A stretch of DNA of 64,000 bases, from the NCBI GenBank assembly GCA_964016885.1, contig OZ024740.1, positions 148,800,001 through 148,864,000 on the forward strand, written 5' to 3'. This document shows, one piece after another, positions 44,412-58,454 of this stretch. The notes under the pieces are model-generated. The model saw nothing but the letters and a program-made list of their open reading frames with translations. It was not told where the DNA came from and searched no databases. Positions within the stretch are counted from its first letter, which is position 1, and the number at the start of each line of letters is the position of its first letter. The DNA comes from Eledone cirrhosa. Its lineage: Eukaryota. The position numbers and the translations under genes were made by a program.

Positions 44412-44623
44412 TAGAAAATATATAGCTTTCACCGTATTTTTAACTAAAGGAATTTTAGCTTGATAACGGGGTTTAGAACCCTCAGATAAATGGAAAAAGA
44501 TGATTATTGAGGTACATGTACGTCAATACTCATCTTTTTCCACTTATCTGAGGGTTCTAAACCCCGTTATCAAGCTAAAATTCCTTTAGTTAAAAATACG
44601 GTGAAAGCTATATATTTTCTAAT
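44410..44623. repeat. Spacer-less palindrome (107-bp arms)
   Basis: Centre TACA|TGTA at 44516/44517, with few mismatches. Confidence 0.92.
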
Positions 44624-44722
44624 TTCAAACTCGCTCACTGTTACAAAACATACTTACTATATATATATATATATATATATATCATATATGTATGTATATA
44701 TATATATACATACATACATATA

Positions 44723-44829
<107 letters not shown>

Positions 44830-44847
44830 TATATATATATATATATA

Positions 44848-44896
<49 letters not shown>

Positions 44897-44991
44897 CATA
44901 TATGATATATATATATATATATACATACATATATGATATATATATATATATATATACATATATGATATATATATATATATATATACATATA

Positions 44992-45083
<92 letters not shown>

Positions 45084-45222
45084 TGATATATATATATATA
45101 CATACATATATGATATATATATATATACATATATGATATATATATATATATATATACATACATATATGATATATATATATATACATATATGATATATATA
45201 TATATATATATACATACATATA

Positions 45223-45300
<78 letters not shown>

Positions 45301-45453
45301 ATACTTTGGGAGGGTCATGTTGCCAATAAGAAACACACGCACCAGTTGCTTTCACTTCAATTTAATTTAATATATATTTATAAATTTACAAATTTATAAA
45401 TTTCTGGTTGGTTGGTTGGTTCCACAACCAGATAGTTGTTTATATATATATAT

Positions 45454-45498
45454 AGTCATAGTTCTTTCGTCACACACTCTGTGACCTCTTCAGTGACT
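45454..45498 (-). ncRNA. Minimal hammerhead ribozyme (mirror of 47133-47177)
   Basis: Exact reverse complement of the plus-strand copy. Confidence 0.78.
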
Positions 45499-46317
45499 GG
45501 GGATTTCTTTCTTCGTTTCTGTGCCTTTCCTTTCTTCTATCCTACGCCATTTTGTTTGTGTGTGGGTTGCGTGCTCAGTTTGCGCATGCGCCACATCCGG
45601 CTGTCTGTGTGTGTTTGTGTTCATTTTTCTATTTTTCTATTTTTCTATTTATATTTGTTTGTTTATTTATTTATTTATTGTTGGTTGGTTGTTTGTTCTA
45701 TGTGTGTGTGTGTTTTCATTTTGTCTTGTGTGTGTTTTCATTTTGTGTGTGTTTTCAATTGTAAGTTGTTTGTTCTATGTGTGTGTGTGTTTTCATTTTG
45801 TCCTTAATTGTAAGTTGTGATGTTGCTGTTCCACTCATATTTTCTATTTAATTTTGGTTTTAATTCTTTTATGCTTACTGCCTCTGTAATTTGCCTAAAC
45901 ATTGCGTCTTTCTTGTGTGTGGATTCTATTTTTATTTCTATGCTCTCTAATTTACCCCTGTGTTCTATCTTAGCATGTTGGTAGAGCACAGATGATTCTT
46001 TACTATCTTGGAGGTCTCGCCAGTGTTCATTTATTCGTTCCCCTATACTACGAGCTGTCTCACCTATGTACACTATATTTTTGTTTCTACATTGTCCCTC
46101 AGTACATCTTATGCTATATACTACATTTCTAGTTTTACAGTTAATATGGGGGCTTATTTTACAGGTTATACATTTCTTATCTATACATGAGGGTCTTTGG
46201 AACGGGTATGTCTTGCTAATAAGTGTTTTTACGGAGGTACCAGGTCTTTCTACTATCTTAATATTGAGATTATGTTTCTTTAGGGCCCTTCTAAATTTGT
46301 AGGCTAGTTCGCCTCTA

Positions 46318-46827
46318 GGCGAACTAGCCTACAAATTTAGAAGGGCCCTAAAGAAACATAATCTCAATATTAAGATAGTAGAAAGACCTGGTACCTCCGT
46401 AAAAACACTTATTAGCAAGACATACCCGTTCCAAAGACCCTCATGTATAGATAAGAAATGTATAACCTGTAAAATAAGCCCCCATATTAACTGTAAAACT
46501 AGAAATGTAGTATATAGCATAAGATGTACTGAGGGACAATGTAGAAACAAAAATATAGTGTACATAGGTGAGACAGCTCGTAGTATAGGGGAACGAATAA
46601 ATGAACACTGGCGAGACCTCCAAGATAGTAAAGAATCATCTGTGCTCTACCAACATGCTAAGATAGAACACAGGGGTAAATTAGAGAGCATAGAAATAAA
46701 AATAGAATCCACACACAAGAAAGACGCAATGTTTAGGCAAATTACAGAGGCAGTAAGCATAAAAGAATTAAAACCAAAATTAAATAGAAAATATGAGTGG
46801 AACAGCAACATCACAACTTACAATTAA
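46318..46827 (+). pseudogene. PLE C-terminal linker + GIY-YIG endonuclease (mirror copy 45804-46313 on minus)
   Basis: Open from the apex: ELAYKFRRALKKHNLNIKIVERPG..CIDKKCITC..CKTRNVVYSIRC..YIGETARSIGERINEH..RQITEAV..PKLN. Confidence 0.9.
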
Positions 46828-47132
46828 GGACAAAATGAAAACACACACACACATAGAACAAACAACTTACAATTGAAAACACACACAAAATGAAAACACA
46901 CACAAGACAAAATGAAAACACACACACACATAGAACAAACAACCAACCAACAATAAATAAATAAATAAACAAACAAATATAAATAGAAAAATAGAAAAAT
47001 AGAAAAATGAACACAAACACACACAGACACCCGGATGTGGCGCATGCGCAAACTGAGCACGCAACCCACACACAAACAAAATGGCGTAGGATAGAAGAAA
47101 GGAAAGGCACAGAAACGAAGAAAGAAATCCCC

Positions 47133-47177
47133 AGTCACTGAAGAGGTCACAGAGTGTGTGACGAAAGAACTATGACT
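47133..47177 (+). ncRNA. Minimal hammerhead ribozyme in the PLE 3' terminal repeat
   Basis: AGTCA-CTGAAGA-G-GTCACA(GAGTG)TGTGAC-GAAA-G(AA)C-TA^TGACT, ~300 nt downstream of the GIY-YIG stop. Confidence 0.8.
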
Positions 47178-47745
47178 ATATATATATATAAACAACTATC
47201 TGGTTGTGGAACCAACCAACCAACCAGAAATTTATAAATTTGTAAATTTATAAATATATATTAAATTAAATTGAAGTGAAAGCAACTGGTGCGTGTGTTT
47301 CTTATTGGCAACATGACCCTCCCAAAGTATAACAATATCGGTTTCAACACACGATTTCAGAAAAAGAATCTTGCTAAACAAATTCAGAAACGAAATATAT
47401 ATATATACATATATGATATATATATATATATACATACATATATGATATATATATATATATATATATATCATATATATATATATATCATATATATATATAT
47501 ATCATATATATATATATATCATATATATATCATATATATCATATATATATATATATCATATATATATCATATATATCATATATATATATATATCATATAT
47601 ATATATATATCATATATATATATATATCATATATATATCATATATATATATATATCATATATATATATATATCATATATATATCATATATATATATATAT
47701 CATATATATATATATCATATATATATATCATATATATATATATAT

Positions 47746-47776
<31 letters not shown>

Positions 47777-47777
47777 C

Positions 47778-47867
<90 letters not shown>

Positions 47868-47904
47868 ATGTATATCTATATATATATACATATATATATA
47901 TATC

Positions 47905-47976
<72 letters not shown>

Positions 47977-47977
47977 A

Positions 47978-48057
<80 letters not shown>

Positions 48058-48189
48058 TATATAATGTAGGAGGTGAGTTTTTTTGTAGTACAATAAAGCA
48101 ATGCAGATATCGGATAAGAAGCACTCTACAGTTTGTAGGACTGGAGTATACATAATATAAGATCAAAAGATGGTTAAAGGGGTTCCATG

Positions 48190-48260
48190 TATTTTATTAT
48201 GCGCATTTCAAAAACAAACATCATCAGGCAATAATATTTGTGTTTTCATCAGATAAAACA
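48190..48260 (-). ncRNA. Hammerhead ribozyme with long stem II, in non-coding block 48062-48500
   Basis: TGTTTTAT-CTGATGA-AAACACAAATATTAT(TGCCTG)ATGATGTTTGTTTTT-GAAA-TGCGCA-TA^ATAAAATA. Confidence 0.7.
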
Positions 48261-48659
48261 GGAGAACATGATATGAAGGCTAAAAAACACTAAAATCAAC
48301 ATATGAAAAGTGGTTTTAGATTGATGTGTGATATTGGGAAAAATATTTTATTTAGAGAGGGGGGGGTGGAAAGGATGAAAAAGGGGAGGAGATGAGAGGG
48401 AGAGATGGGTGATAGAGAGAAAGAAATAGTTTTTATAACTGAGAGGAGATATATTGTTTTACATAGAGAGGTTGAAAACCGTTCTTCCACGCTAGCCTGA
48501 ATATATATATACATATATATATGTATGAATATATATATACATATATATATGTATGAATATATATATACATACATATATATATGATATATATATACATATA
48601 TACATACATATATATATGATATATATATATATATATATATATACATACATATATATTTG

Positions 48660-48691
<32 letters not shown>

Positions 48692-48746
48692 GATATATAT
48701 ATATACATACATATATATATGATATATATATATATACATACATATA

Positions 48747-49612
48747 TAACTTTGAATAACTTTGAAATGTTTTGGCCAGTATTGGCCCAGGCCATGTCTA
48801 ACTTAATAGCACCACCTGGCGAAGTCTTTCAATTCAGGATTTGGGCACCATGGCCCATTCGAGAAGAGAATTACTGTTTGCGGAGACATATCCGGGTGTG
48901 GGTGGTTTGTCCGGGATTACTTGGAGGAATTTGTCCAAAGACTTCTTGAATTTTGTGTGGTCAGTTTCTGTTTTGACGTGTCCTGGTGTGATGTTGAAGA
49001 GAGCAGGACCGATTGAGGTGAAATAATTGTGCCGTATTGTTGTTATGAGTTGCGATTTAGATTTTTGAATGGGACGGATAGCACGGGGCCCAAGCCTTGG
49101 GTGTATCTTGAAGGCGATGCCAACATCATTTGGGCAGTGATGATGGAACATTTTCCACATCATGCAGATAATATAACGCTCACGGCGACGTTGGAGTGAG
49201 TAAAGTTTCAGGTTTTCCAATCGACCCCAGTAGTCAAGGTCTGACATGCCATCTATCTTTTTCGTGATTGCCCTTTGAGGAGCTTCAAGTTTCATGATAC
49301 TTTGTTTCGTGTGGGGAGACCACAGTGGACAACAGTATTCAAGGTGTGGTCGGGCGAAAGTAGAGAAGAGAAGGATAATGGTGCGGGAATCTCTCGACTG
49401 GAAGGTTCTGAGGATCCAGGAACACATTCTGCGGGCCATGTCAACTTTGCTGCTTATATGCGTGGTCCAGCTTATGTTGCTGTCCACGGTTACTCCCAAG
49501 TCTCTGATGTTGTTAGATGCCACGAGAGTTTCCCCGGAGGGAAGGGAGTACGGGAGTTTCAGAGCATCCTCTTTTCCAAAGTGGATCAGTTCGAATTTGT
49601 CTTCGTTCAGTA
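48747..49612 (-). mobile_element. 5'-truncated CR1/L2-group LINE, independent insertion
   Basis: Nearly identical to 9133-9998 but with a different truncation point. TA arrays on both sides. Confidence 0.95.
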
Positions 49613-49821
49613 TATATATATATATATATATATCAGTATATATATATATATATCAGTATATATATCAGTATATATATATATATATCAGTATATATATCAG
49701 TATATATATCATATATATATACATACATATATATATCATATATATATATCATATATATATGTATGTATATATATATATATATATCATATATATATGTATA
49801 TATGTATATATATATCATATA

Positions 49822-49864
<43 letters not shown>

Positions 49865-49935
49865 ATATGTATATGTATATATTTATATCATATATATATG
49901 TATATATATATGTATGTATATATGTATACATATAC

Positions 49936-50003
<68 letters not shown>

Positions 50004-50510
50004 GTAAATGTATATATATATGTATGTATGTATGTATGTAAATGTATATATATATGTATATATGTATGTATGTATGTAAATGTATATATATATGTATATA
50101 TGTATGTATGTATGTAAATGTATATATATATGTATATATGTATGTATGTATGTAAATGTATATATATATGTATATATGTATGTATGTATGTAAATGTATA
50201 TATATATGTATATATGTATGTATGTATGTAAATGTATATATATATGTATATATGTATGTATGTATGTAAATGTATATATATATGTATATATATATGTATG
50301 TATGTAAATGTATATATATATGTATATATATATGTATGTATGTAAATGTATATATATGTATATATATATGTATATATGTATGTATATATATATACGTATA
50401 TATATATGTATATATATATGTATGTATATATGTATGTATGTATATATGTATGTATATATATATGTATGTATATATATATGTATGTATATATATATGTATG
50501 TATATATATG

Positions 50511-50545
<35 letters not shown>

Positions 50546-50585
50546 GTATATATATATGTATATATATATGTATGTATATATATAT

Positions 50586-51146
50586 GTCTCATGGTCGGGT
50601 CGTTGGCGACTAAACTGGCAACCCCACTAAGGTTTCTTGGTGAGGAGGGTGACTTTGGACATCCTGCAGGACTAAAAACAAAACCTGTCAAAGGGCAAAG
50701 GAGCTCTTAAGAGTCAATGGCCATCCAAAATCACCGGGAGAGATGACCCCTTAGCCTTTGTCAAGGCAGAATTCTAGGAGAAGGAAAACTCTGATATAAC
50801 ACCTGCAACCCTGATGGTATCCAATGATGTTGACTTGTTCTTCTTTTTGGTAAATATCATCTTGGTTAAGAGAGTGGGACTGGCTTTGTGCAGTGCCTTT
50901 GCTCACTATAAAAGCTTCACGGCACAGGCATTGCTTTGTATCTGGAGATCTCTCTGCACTTGTCATTACATGGTACCATGGGCCCAGCACTATGTGTCAA
51001 TAATTGTCACAAGTGTAGTGTTTGTACCAGAGTTTTCAAGTTGCTGGCTGGACTAAAAAGTCACACTCGTTCAGCGTATCGGTAGGGGTTCTCCTACATG
51101 GTTATAAAGTAGTGGCCGTACTCGAAAACGAGTTGGCAGCCACCAT
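50586..51146. repeat. Interspersed repeat family X
   Basis: Shares the right end ..GTTGGCAGCCACCAT(AT)n with the copies ending at 25362 and 28094. Confidence 0.85.
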
Positions 51147-51624
51147 ATATATATGTATGTATATATATATGTATATATATATGTATGTATATATATATAT
51201 ATGTATATATATATGTATGTATATATATATGTATATATATGTGTATATATGTGTATATATATATGTGTATATATGTGTATATATATATATGTGTATATAT
51301 ATGTATATATATATATGTATATATATGTATATATATATATGTATATATATGTATATATATATGTATATATATATGTATATATATATGTATATATGTATAT
51401 ATGTGTATATATATATATGTATATATATATATGTATATATTTATGTATATATATATATGTATATATTTATGTATATATATATATGTATATATTTTTGTAT
51501 ATATATATATGTATATATATATGTATATATATATGTATATATATATGTATATATATATATATGTATATATATATGTGTATATATATCTGTATATATATAT
51601 ATGTGTATATATATATATGTGTAT

Positions 51625-52275
51625 AATCTGGCAGAAAGGTATACGTTGCAAACGATAGCTAATAAGCTTGAAAATAGTACAGCGTTCCTTTATCAGTGTT
51701 GAACAAGCGAGCAACGATGGTTGCTAGACACTACGGCTTAATACGGGATGTTTGTTTATGTACATATATGCATGTACGTGTACATACTTATATTTAAGTA
51801 ACCGCCGTACTAAGAGTGGGAAATGAAATTTCGTTTCATTTTTTTCGTTTATCGTTTTCGGTGCCCCCGGCCGATTAACCCACTCGATATGCAAACTGGG
51901 CTACTCAGCCGTTAATATGCATAAGGTAAGTATATACGTTCAACAATCTGGCAGAAAGGTATACGTTGCTGACGATAGCTAATAATCTTGAAACTAGTAC
52001 AGCGTCCCTTTGTCAGTGTTGAACAAGCGAGCAACGATGGTTGCTAGACACTACGGCTTAATACGGGATGTTTGTTTACAAACACACCGAGCATTATAAT
52101 AAATATTTGGTGAATCCATACGTGCATATATATATATATGTGTGTGCATGTATGTATATATACATAGAACTGTACGTCTGTATACATATATATATGTACG
52201 TGTACATACTTATATTTAAGTAACAGCCGTACTAAGAGTGGGAAATGAAATTTAGTTTCATTTTTTTCCGTTTAT
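51625..52275. repeat. Tandem duplication of an unclassified non-coding unit
   Basis: 51625-51757 matches 51945-52077, and 51773-51852 matches 52195-52275. Confidence 0.85.
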
Positions 52276-52318
52276 ATATATATATATATATATATATATG
52301 ATATATATATATTATATA

Positions 52319-52372
52319 TGAGTACTTTGGTGCGTTATGGTCCACCTGCTTCCTTACCACATTTCCTTCGTT
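52319..52372 (+). repeat. Truncated copy of the repeat in the U6 chimera
   Basis: Matches 57962-58015. Confidence 0.85.
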
Positions 52373-52468
52373 ATATATATATATATATATCATATATATA
52401 TATATATATATGATATATACATATATATGATATATATATATGATATATATATATATGATATATATGTA

Positions 52469-52505
<37 letters not shown>

Positions 52506-52583
52506 ATATATATATATGATATATATATATATGATATATATATATATAATATATATATATGATATATATATATATAATATATA

Positions 52584-52628
<45 letters not shown>

Positions 52629-52678
52629 ATATATTATATATATATATATATATATCATATATATATATGTATATATAA

Positions 52679-52894
52679 GAGAAAGAGAAAAAAGGGGAGG
52701 ATAGGTGATACATATAGTTATTTGCCAAATAGCGTATGTAAAAGGTGCTCAATAGCTCTGCTAACTCTCTAGCCCACTAAATATTAACACTTCTAATATT
52801 TAATACTGCCGGCACTAGTATTGAGCACCCTTTGCATACGCTATTTGACAAATAACTATATGTATCACCTATCCTCCCCTTTTTTTCTCTCTCT
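52679..52894. repeat. Inverted repeat (76-bp arms) at the 5' end of a PLE
   Basis: Arms 52679-52754/52819-52894, directly upstream of the Naiad-type ORF. Confidence 0.88.
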
Positions 52895-52917
52895 CGATAC
52901 GTAAATACTTTATTACC

Positions 52918-55130
52918 GTGCTCCTTTTTGTAGAGCATCTCACCTTATTTGCCATAATGTTGGAGAACCAGCCCTTACCCATGTCTCTCAAATGTATCCC
53001 CTTACCCAGCAGAAAAACCTACCTGAAACTGCTTATAGACGCTACTAACTCGTTTATACGGAGAGTCAGATGGAAGGTCTACCACCTGGATAAGAACACC
53101 CGCAACCTTCCTGAATCTAAAGAGAGGTATGGCTTCAAAACATACCGAAACCCACCGCACAACACCTTACTAGACTCTTTTGAGAAGGACCTGCTGAAAG
53201 TGATTAAAAACGTTAAGTTCAGAAAGAAACACCGATGCATCAATCCATTCTTAACGTCCCTTGATACACTAATAACTAAGATCAAGAATGACCTGCACCT
53301 CTTCGTCACCTCTGTCAAAACCAAGAAGCTGTACAAGATGGACGCGAGCAAGTATAAAAAATTCATTTAAAAGGAACTACACAAAGACTACAAAAAGACA
53401 CCCTTTAGTACCCTAAATGACATAAATAGAGTAGGGAAGGATATAGTTACCAGCTTAGAAATAGAAAAGTACACTAACCCGTACGTCCCTCTGACGCCTA
53501 GATTCTCTCTTAAGGATCACAAATGTAACTTTAATGAAAACCCCTCTATTAGACTAATATGCCCCTCTACATCTGATATAGGTAAGATTAGTAAAGTGAT
53601 CCTCAACAGAGTACTACTGGAGCTTAATAGAAAGGCTAAGGTCTGCCTCTGGGGCAACACCGACCAGGTCTAAATTGGTTCACCAAGTTGCCGGATAAAG
53701 CGACCCTGAAGTTCATCCAGTTTGACATAGATAGTTACTACGCCTCTATCTCCCCCATACTCTTAAATAAGGCACTTATATTAGCAAAATCTAACACTAG
53801 CCTCACTAAAAAAGAAATAGACATAATTCTAGCGGCGCGTAGAACCATTATCCAGTTCGAAGGCTCCCACTGGACCAGAACCAACCGTCCTGATAACTTC
53901 GATGTCACGATGGGGTCCAGTGACTCAGCGCAAGCAACTGATCTGGTCGGGATATACCTCCTCCATAAGCTTAGGGACAAGATACCGGCCTTACAAGGAG
54001 GTGTATATAGGGACGACGCCGTTTACCGTTAGGAACCATAGCCCTCGTAGGATAGAGAACCTTAACAAACATATACACATGTTCTTCAAGTCATACGGCC
54101 TATACGTAACTATGGACCTCAACCACCAGGTTGTCAACTTCCTGGACGTGACCCTGGAGTTGAGTACGGGCCTATACAAGCCATACCATAAGCCTTGGAG
54201 AGTGCCTTTCTTATATTAATTATGCCGCCAACCACCCTAAGCAGACTCTCAACTCCATAGTCTATAGCATCTCACATAAAATCTCGAGGTTCTCTGCCAA
54301 TGAGGATATCTTTAACCAAGCGGCAGATTACTACAATAGGGCCTTGATAAGCGCCGGCTTTAACCGAGGAATTTCCTACATCCCTAACGCTAGCTCTAGA
54401 AACCACCCCTCATAAAACGAACGTTATAGTAAGCTATACCTATAACCGATCACGCAGCGACTTCGTAGGAGACGGATATAATAGTATAGATAATCGCACT
54501 AAGGAACACGCCCGCAACGTTTATTACTCTAGCGATAGTATTGGTAACTTACCACACAATAAAGATCACGAACCGGTGACAGTAACCACTGTAGCCTACT
54601 CGAATTATTCCCCTACTACAAAATCAACAAAGGTGATGGCCTACTACCAACGCCTTACAACCAACATTTTCCTGTACATAAACATGGAAGAAGGAAGAAG
54701 AGTGCACCCAAGCATAAAATGAAAGGGGCACGTAACGGGCTACAGCGCATTAACATACATAAGAACGGTCACCTTGATGGAACCACCCGTAGCAAACATA
54801 CAAGGACACGTAATCGCCACGGTAACGTCCTATGGCTCCACCCCACCCCCCTACTTTCGGAATGTGGCCTCCAACATACCCCGGATATTCTTCGAAGCCT
54901 TAGAGAAGAACTTCCCGCCCAACTATAGGTATAGAAAAATTCTTAATAGGAACAATATAAAAATATCCTTCTCTACAACTCCTAACCTAGCAGACATCAT
55001 AGGAACAACGAACCACAGTAAGATCACCAAGACACAGAACCTTAGCACAGACGCACCTACACCTGACAATAACTATATCGGCCTTAACAACTCACTAGCA
55101 GCATTCAATAGTGCTGGCAACGACCTCTAA
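52918..55130 (+). mobile_element. Degenerate Naiad-type PLE (N-terminus + RT; endonuclease missing)
   Basis: SLKCIPLP..RRVRWK, LKDHKCNF..RLICPS, QFDIDSYY, FDVTMGSSDSA, YRDD, VNFLDVT, ILNRNNIKISFS. Contains stops and frameshifts. Confidence 0.9.
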
Positions 55131-55654
55131 AGACGCAACCAGCATAATTCAAGCTACAAGCTTCCATGGTTACGGAGAAAATCGATGAAACAGTAATTTC
55201 CCATTCAAATTGAACTGAGAGTAATCTGTGAACGCAGAAGTAAATATTTTGAGAAACGTTGCAACCGAACGAAAACAGGAAGACGATATTTTGGTTCGTG
55301 AAGACGTTCCCTGGCAATGAACGGGAAAAAAACGAGGATAATACGTCGTTATGTGGAGCGCCAAGAACAATTTCATGCAAAGACAAGACCAAGTTCATGG
55401 TATAAATGGAGTCGTTAGACTAATATTCTATTTAACATAACAGAATGATTTCCAGCCCCGGAATTTAAGAATGATGTAAATAAAATTGAAAACGAAAATG
55501 ACAGAGGTTATTAAAATAGTAAAAGTAAATAGTGAAGATTTAGGCCAGTACATACGTATGCCCCGACGGACATACACATAAAAACGCACACACAAATACA
55601 TACCCCCCCCCTCACACAAACACACACACACGCGCGCGCACGCGCACACACACA

Positions 55655-55687
<33 letters not shown>

Positions 55688-55699
55688 GAACGCACGCGC

Positions 55700-56138
55700 G
55701 TATGTATAAACCATATGCATTTCTACAGTATTTTCACCAAACTTAAGACATAGGTTACTTATGTACTACGGATGGTCATGGGCACTTTCATTTTTCCAGA
55801 TATTGATTATAGGGCCTCCCGGCAGATAACCCCCTTTAACCACCTCCTTGGACTCGACTGAAGCACTGCAGTGCAATGCAACAAAACGTCATAACTTCTG
55901 GGGTTCGCAACCGATTTTCACAAAACTTGACACATGGGCTATGTTTGTCCTACAGATGAATGTGAACTCTCAGAATTGGCACATATTGGTTAGGGGACCT
56001 CTGGGGGCAGGAACCCCCTTTTGGAAAAAGCCGATGATTTTGTAAATGTATAGTTTTCGAAGCAGCACTGAAGTATTGACATAAATGGTATACACAACTG
56101 CTATTTAATATCCGAGCAACGCCGGGTACCTCTGCTAG
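55700..56138 (+). mobile_element. Helitron-like element 3' part (5' boundary uncertain)
   Basis: Ends ATCCGAGCAACGCCGGGTACCTCTGCTAG|T, nearly the same terminus as 1572-1601. Confidence 0.65.
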
Positions 56139-57147
56139 TATATATGTGTGTGTGTGTGTATGTGTGTATATCCGAGTATATGTGTATGAGTGTTTATATG
56201 TGTGTGTGTACATGTATGTGTGTGTACATACATATATATGTGTGTATAGGTATGTATATGTAAATATATATATATATAAATATATGTGTATATGATTGTG
56301 TGCACATGTGTAGCTGTATGTATATGTTTGCATCTATTTATACGTATGTATATTTTTAGTTGAGTATCAATATAACTATACCTCGATCTCTAATGTGGGT
56401 ATATACACTTTGTAATCTATGAAATGTATGCGTTTTGACTATGTCAACATGTATTTATCTGAGTTTGATTATTTATACATAGACATACTTGAAAGTATTT
56501 TAAGGCGTATCATACGCTGTATTATACTAAGTACAATTTACCACACCGTACTATATTGTGTTACATTATATTATATTATTGTATTACTGTATTTCATTAT
56601 CTTATTATAATTTTCATCTTTTAATATACTATCTTTGCTAGCCATGACCTTAATTTATATTCACCTAAAAACTCCATACAACACAACTCAACATTTAATT
56701 TTTACATTCCTTTTAAACTTCACTATACCATATACATTCAACTATCAATTTGATAATCCCTTTCTTCCTAATAGATTTGTTATGGCAATTCTGTTATTAA
56801 CACCATTCAACCATTCCTTTCAAAGGGTCATGACCTCAACTAAAGTGAATTATTTTTCATCTTAACATCATATGGAAAAAAAACAATCTGATTGGTTAGT
56901 TCTTCAACTACCTCTAAAGAAGGTCATCGAACTAAACATAATACTAATTTACTACTAATTTTGAATAAAATTAGTATTGCTTTTGACAACAGCTGGTGAT
57001 ATGCATGTAAGTAAATATTCTCTTTATCTGATATTTTATAACTAACCTTACATAGATCGATATCGAAGTACAGTTTCGCTGTATTATCATCACCTAGAGA
57101 CGATCGTAAAGCAGTGAAGTATATTTTTTTATTTCTTTGTTTTAACT

Positions 57148-57180
<33 letters not shown>

Positions 57181-57248
57181 CTCATACATATTACACATAC
57201 ACACTAAACATACATATGTATTATACTATACATATTCTGTACATACAC

Positions 57249-57338
<90 letters not shown>

Positions 57339-57487
57339 GTGTGTATCAAATACATACAAATATATATTTTCTACATACATACATATACATATATACATAC
57401 ACACACACATACATACACATACATATATATATATATGTATATATATATATGTATGTGTATGTATGTGTGTGTGTATGTATATATGTA

Positions 57488-57543
<56 letters not shown>

Positions 57544-57767
57544 CTATAAATATATATACATATATTTCAAACACATTTAATATATATATAATATACACAC
57601 CCATATATATATATTTTCTTTACACATGCACCATACATACATGTTATATACACACCATATATATCCTATACATATACCTCACATATATCCCACACATATA
57701 TCATATACATCCTATATATACACTATACATAACCTTCATACATATTATATATATCTCCCACATATAT

Positions 57768-57798
<31 letters not shown>

Positions 57799-57815
57799 GG
57801 AACCAGTAGGACCCC

Positions 57816-57852
57816 AAAAATATGGAACGCTTCACGAATTTGCGTGTCATCC
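57816..57852 (-). pseudogene. U6: U6 snRNA 3'-terminal 37 nt (inverted copy)
   Basis: Minus strand GGATGACACGCAAATTCGTGAAGCGTTCCATATTTTT is the canonical metazoan U6 3' end. Confidence 0.95.
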
Positions 57853-57880
57853 ATGGATGTCACGCAAATTCGTGAAGCAT

Positions 57881-57917
57881 GGATGACACGCAAATTCGTG
57901 AAGCGTTCCATATTTCT
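57881..57917 (+). pseudogene. U6: U6 snRNA 3'-terminal 37 nt fused to a PLE-like repeat (57918-58015)
   Basis: GGATGACACGCAAATTCGTGAAGCGTTCCATATTTCT|GGGGTC. A further partial copy lies at 57855-57878. Confidence 0.95.
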
Positions 57918-58079
57918 GGGGTCCTACTGGTTCCTATTACCCACTCTACTACCTCAAGTATTGAGTACTTTGGTGCGTTATGGTCCACCTGGTTCCTTAC
58001 CACATTTCCTTCGTTATATATATATATATATATATATACAAATATATATATATATATATATACAAATATATATATATAT

Positions 58080-58160
<81 letters not shown>

Positions 58161-58454
58161 AATATAAATTTAGCGTGAATCGCATTTCGTCGGGTAGAAA
58201 TTACCGAAACGCAACTTCCATATTGTGCAGACAAGCGCTCCATGGATATGAAGAAGATACCAGAGCTATAAACATAAGTTAAAATGGTCATACACGCTGA
58301 GACGATGGTTAAAAAGCCATTAACCACCATAGCCAAAAAAGCGAACAAGCTAAACGAGTCAAACAAAATGAGATATGATTGAAATATTTACCCGGACCCT
58401 CAGGGAAGATGGAATACTCCGAAATTGGGTTTCTGCAACACCTAAATCAATAAT

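Larger units (their letters stand above)
45293..47338. repeat. 2-kb head-to-head palindrome of a 5'-truncated PLE
   Basis: Arms 45293-46314/46317-47338 with a 2-nt loop. Mirrored ORF coordinates sum to 92631. I saw one mismatch. Confidence 0.97.

Noticed and set aside
57876-57887. AGCATGG-ATGAC as a U6 internal stem-loop skip
   Set aside because: It is equally explained by duplication of the fold-back apex CATCCATGGATG and is too short to decide.
57816-57917. Functional U6 snRNA gene
   Set aside because: Only the 3' 37 nt are present. There is no 5' stem, ACAGAGA box or upstream promoter.
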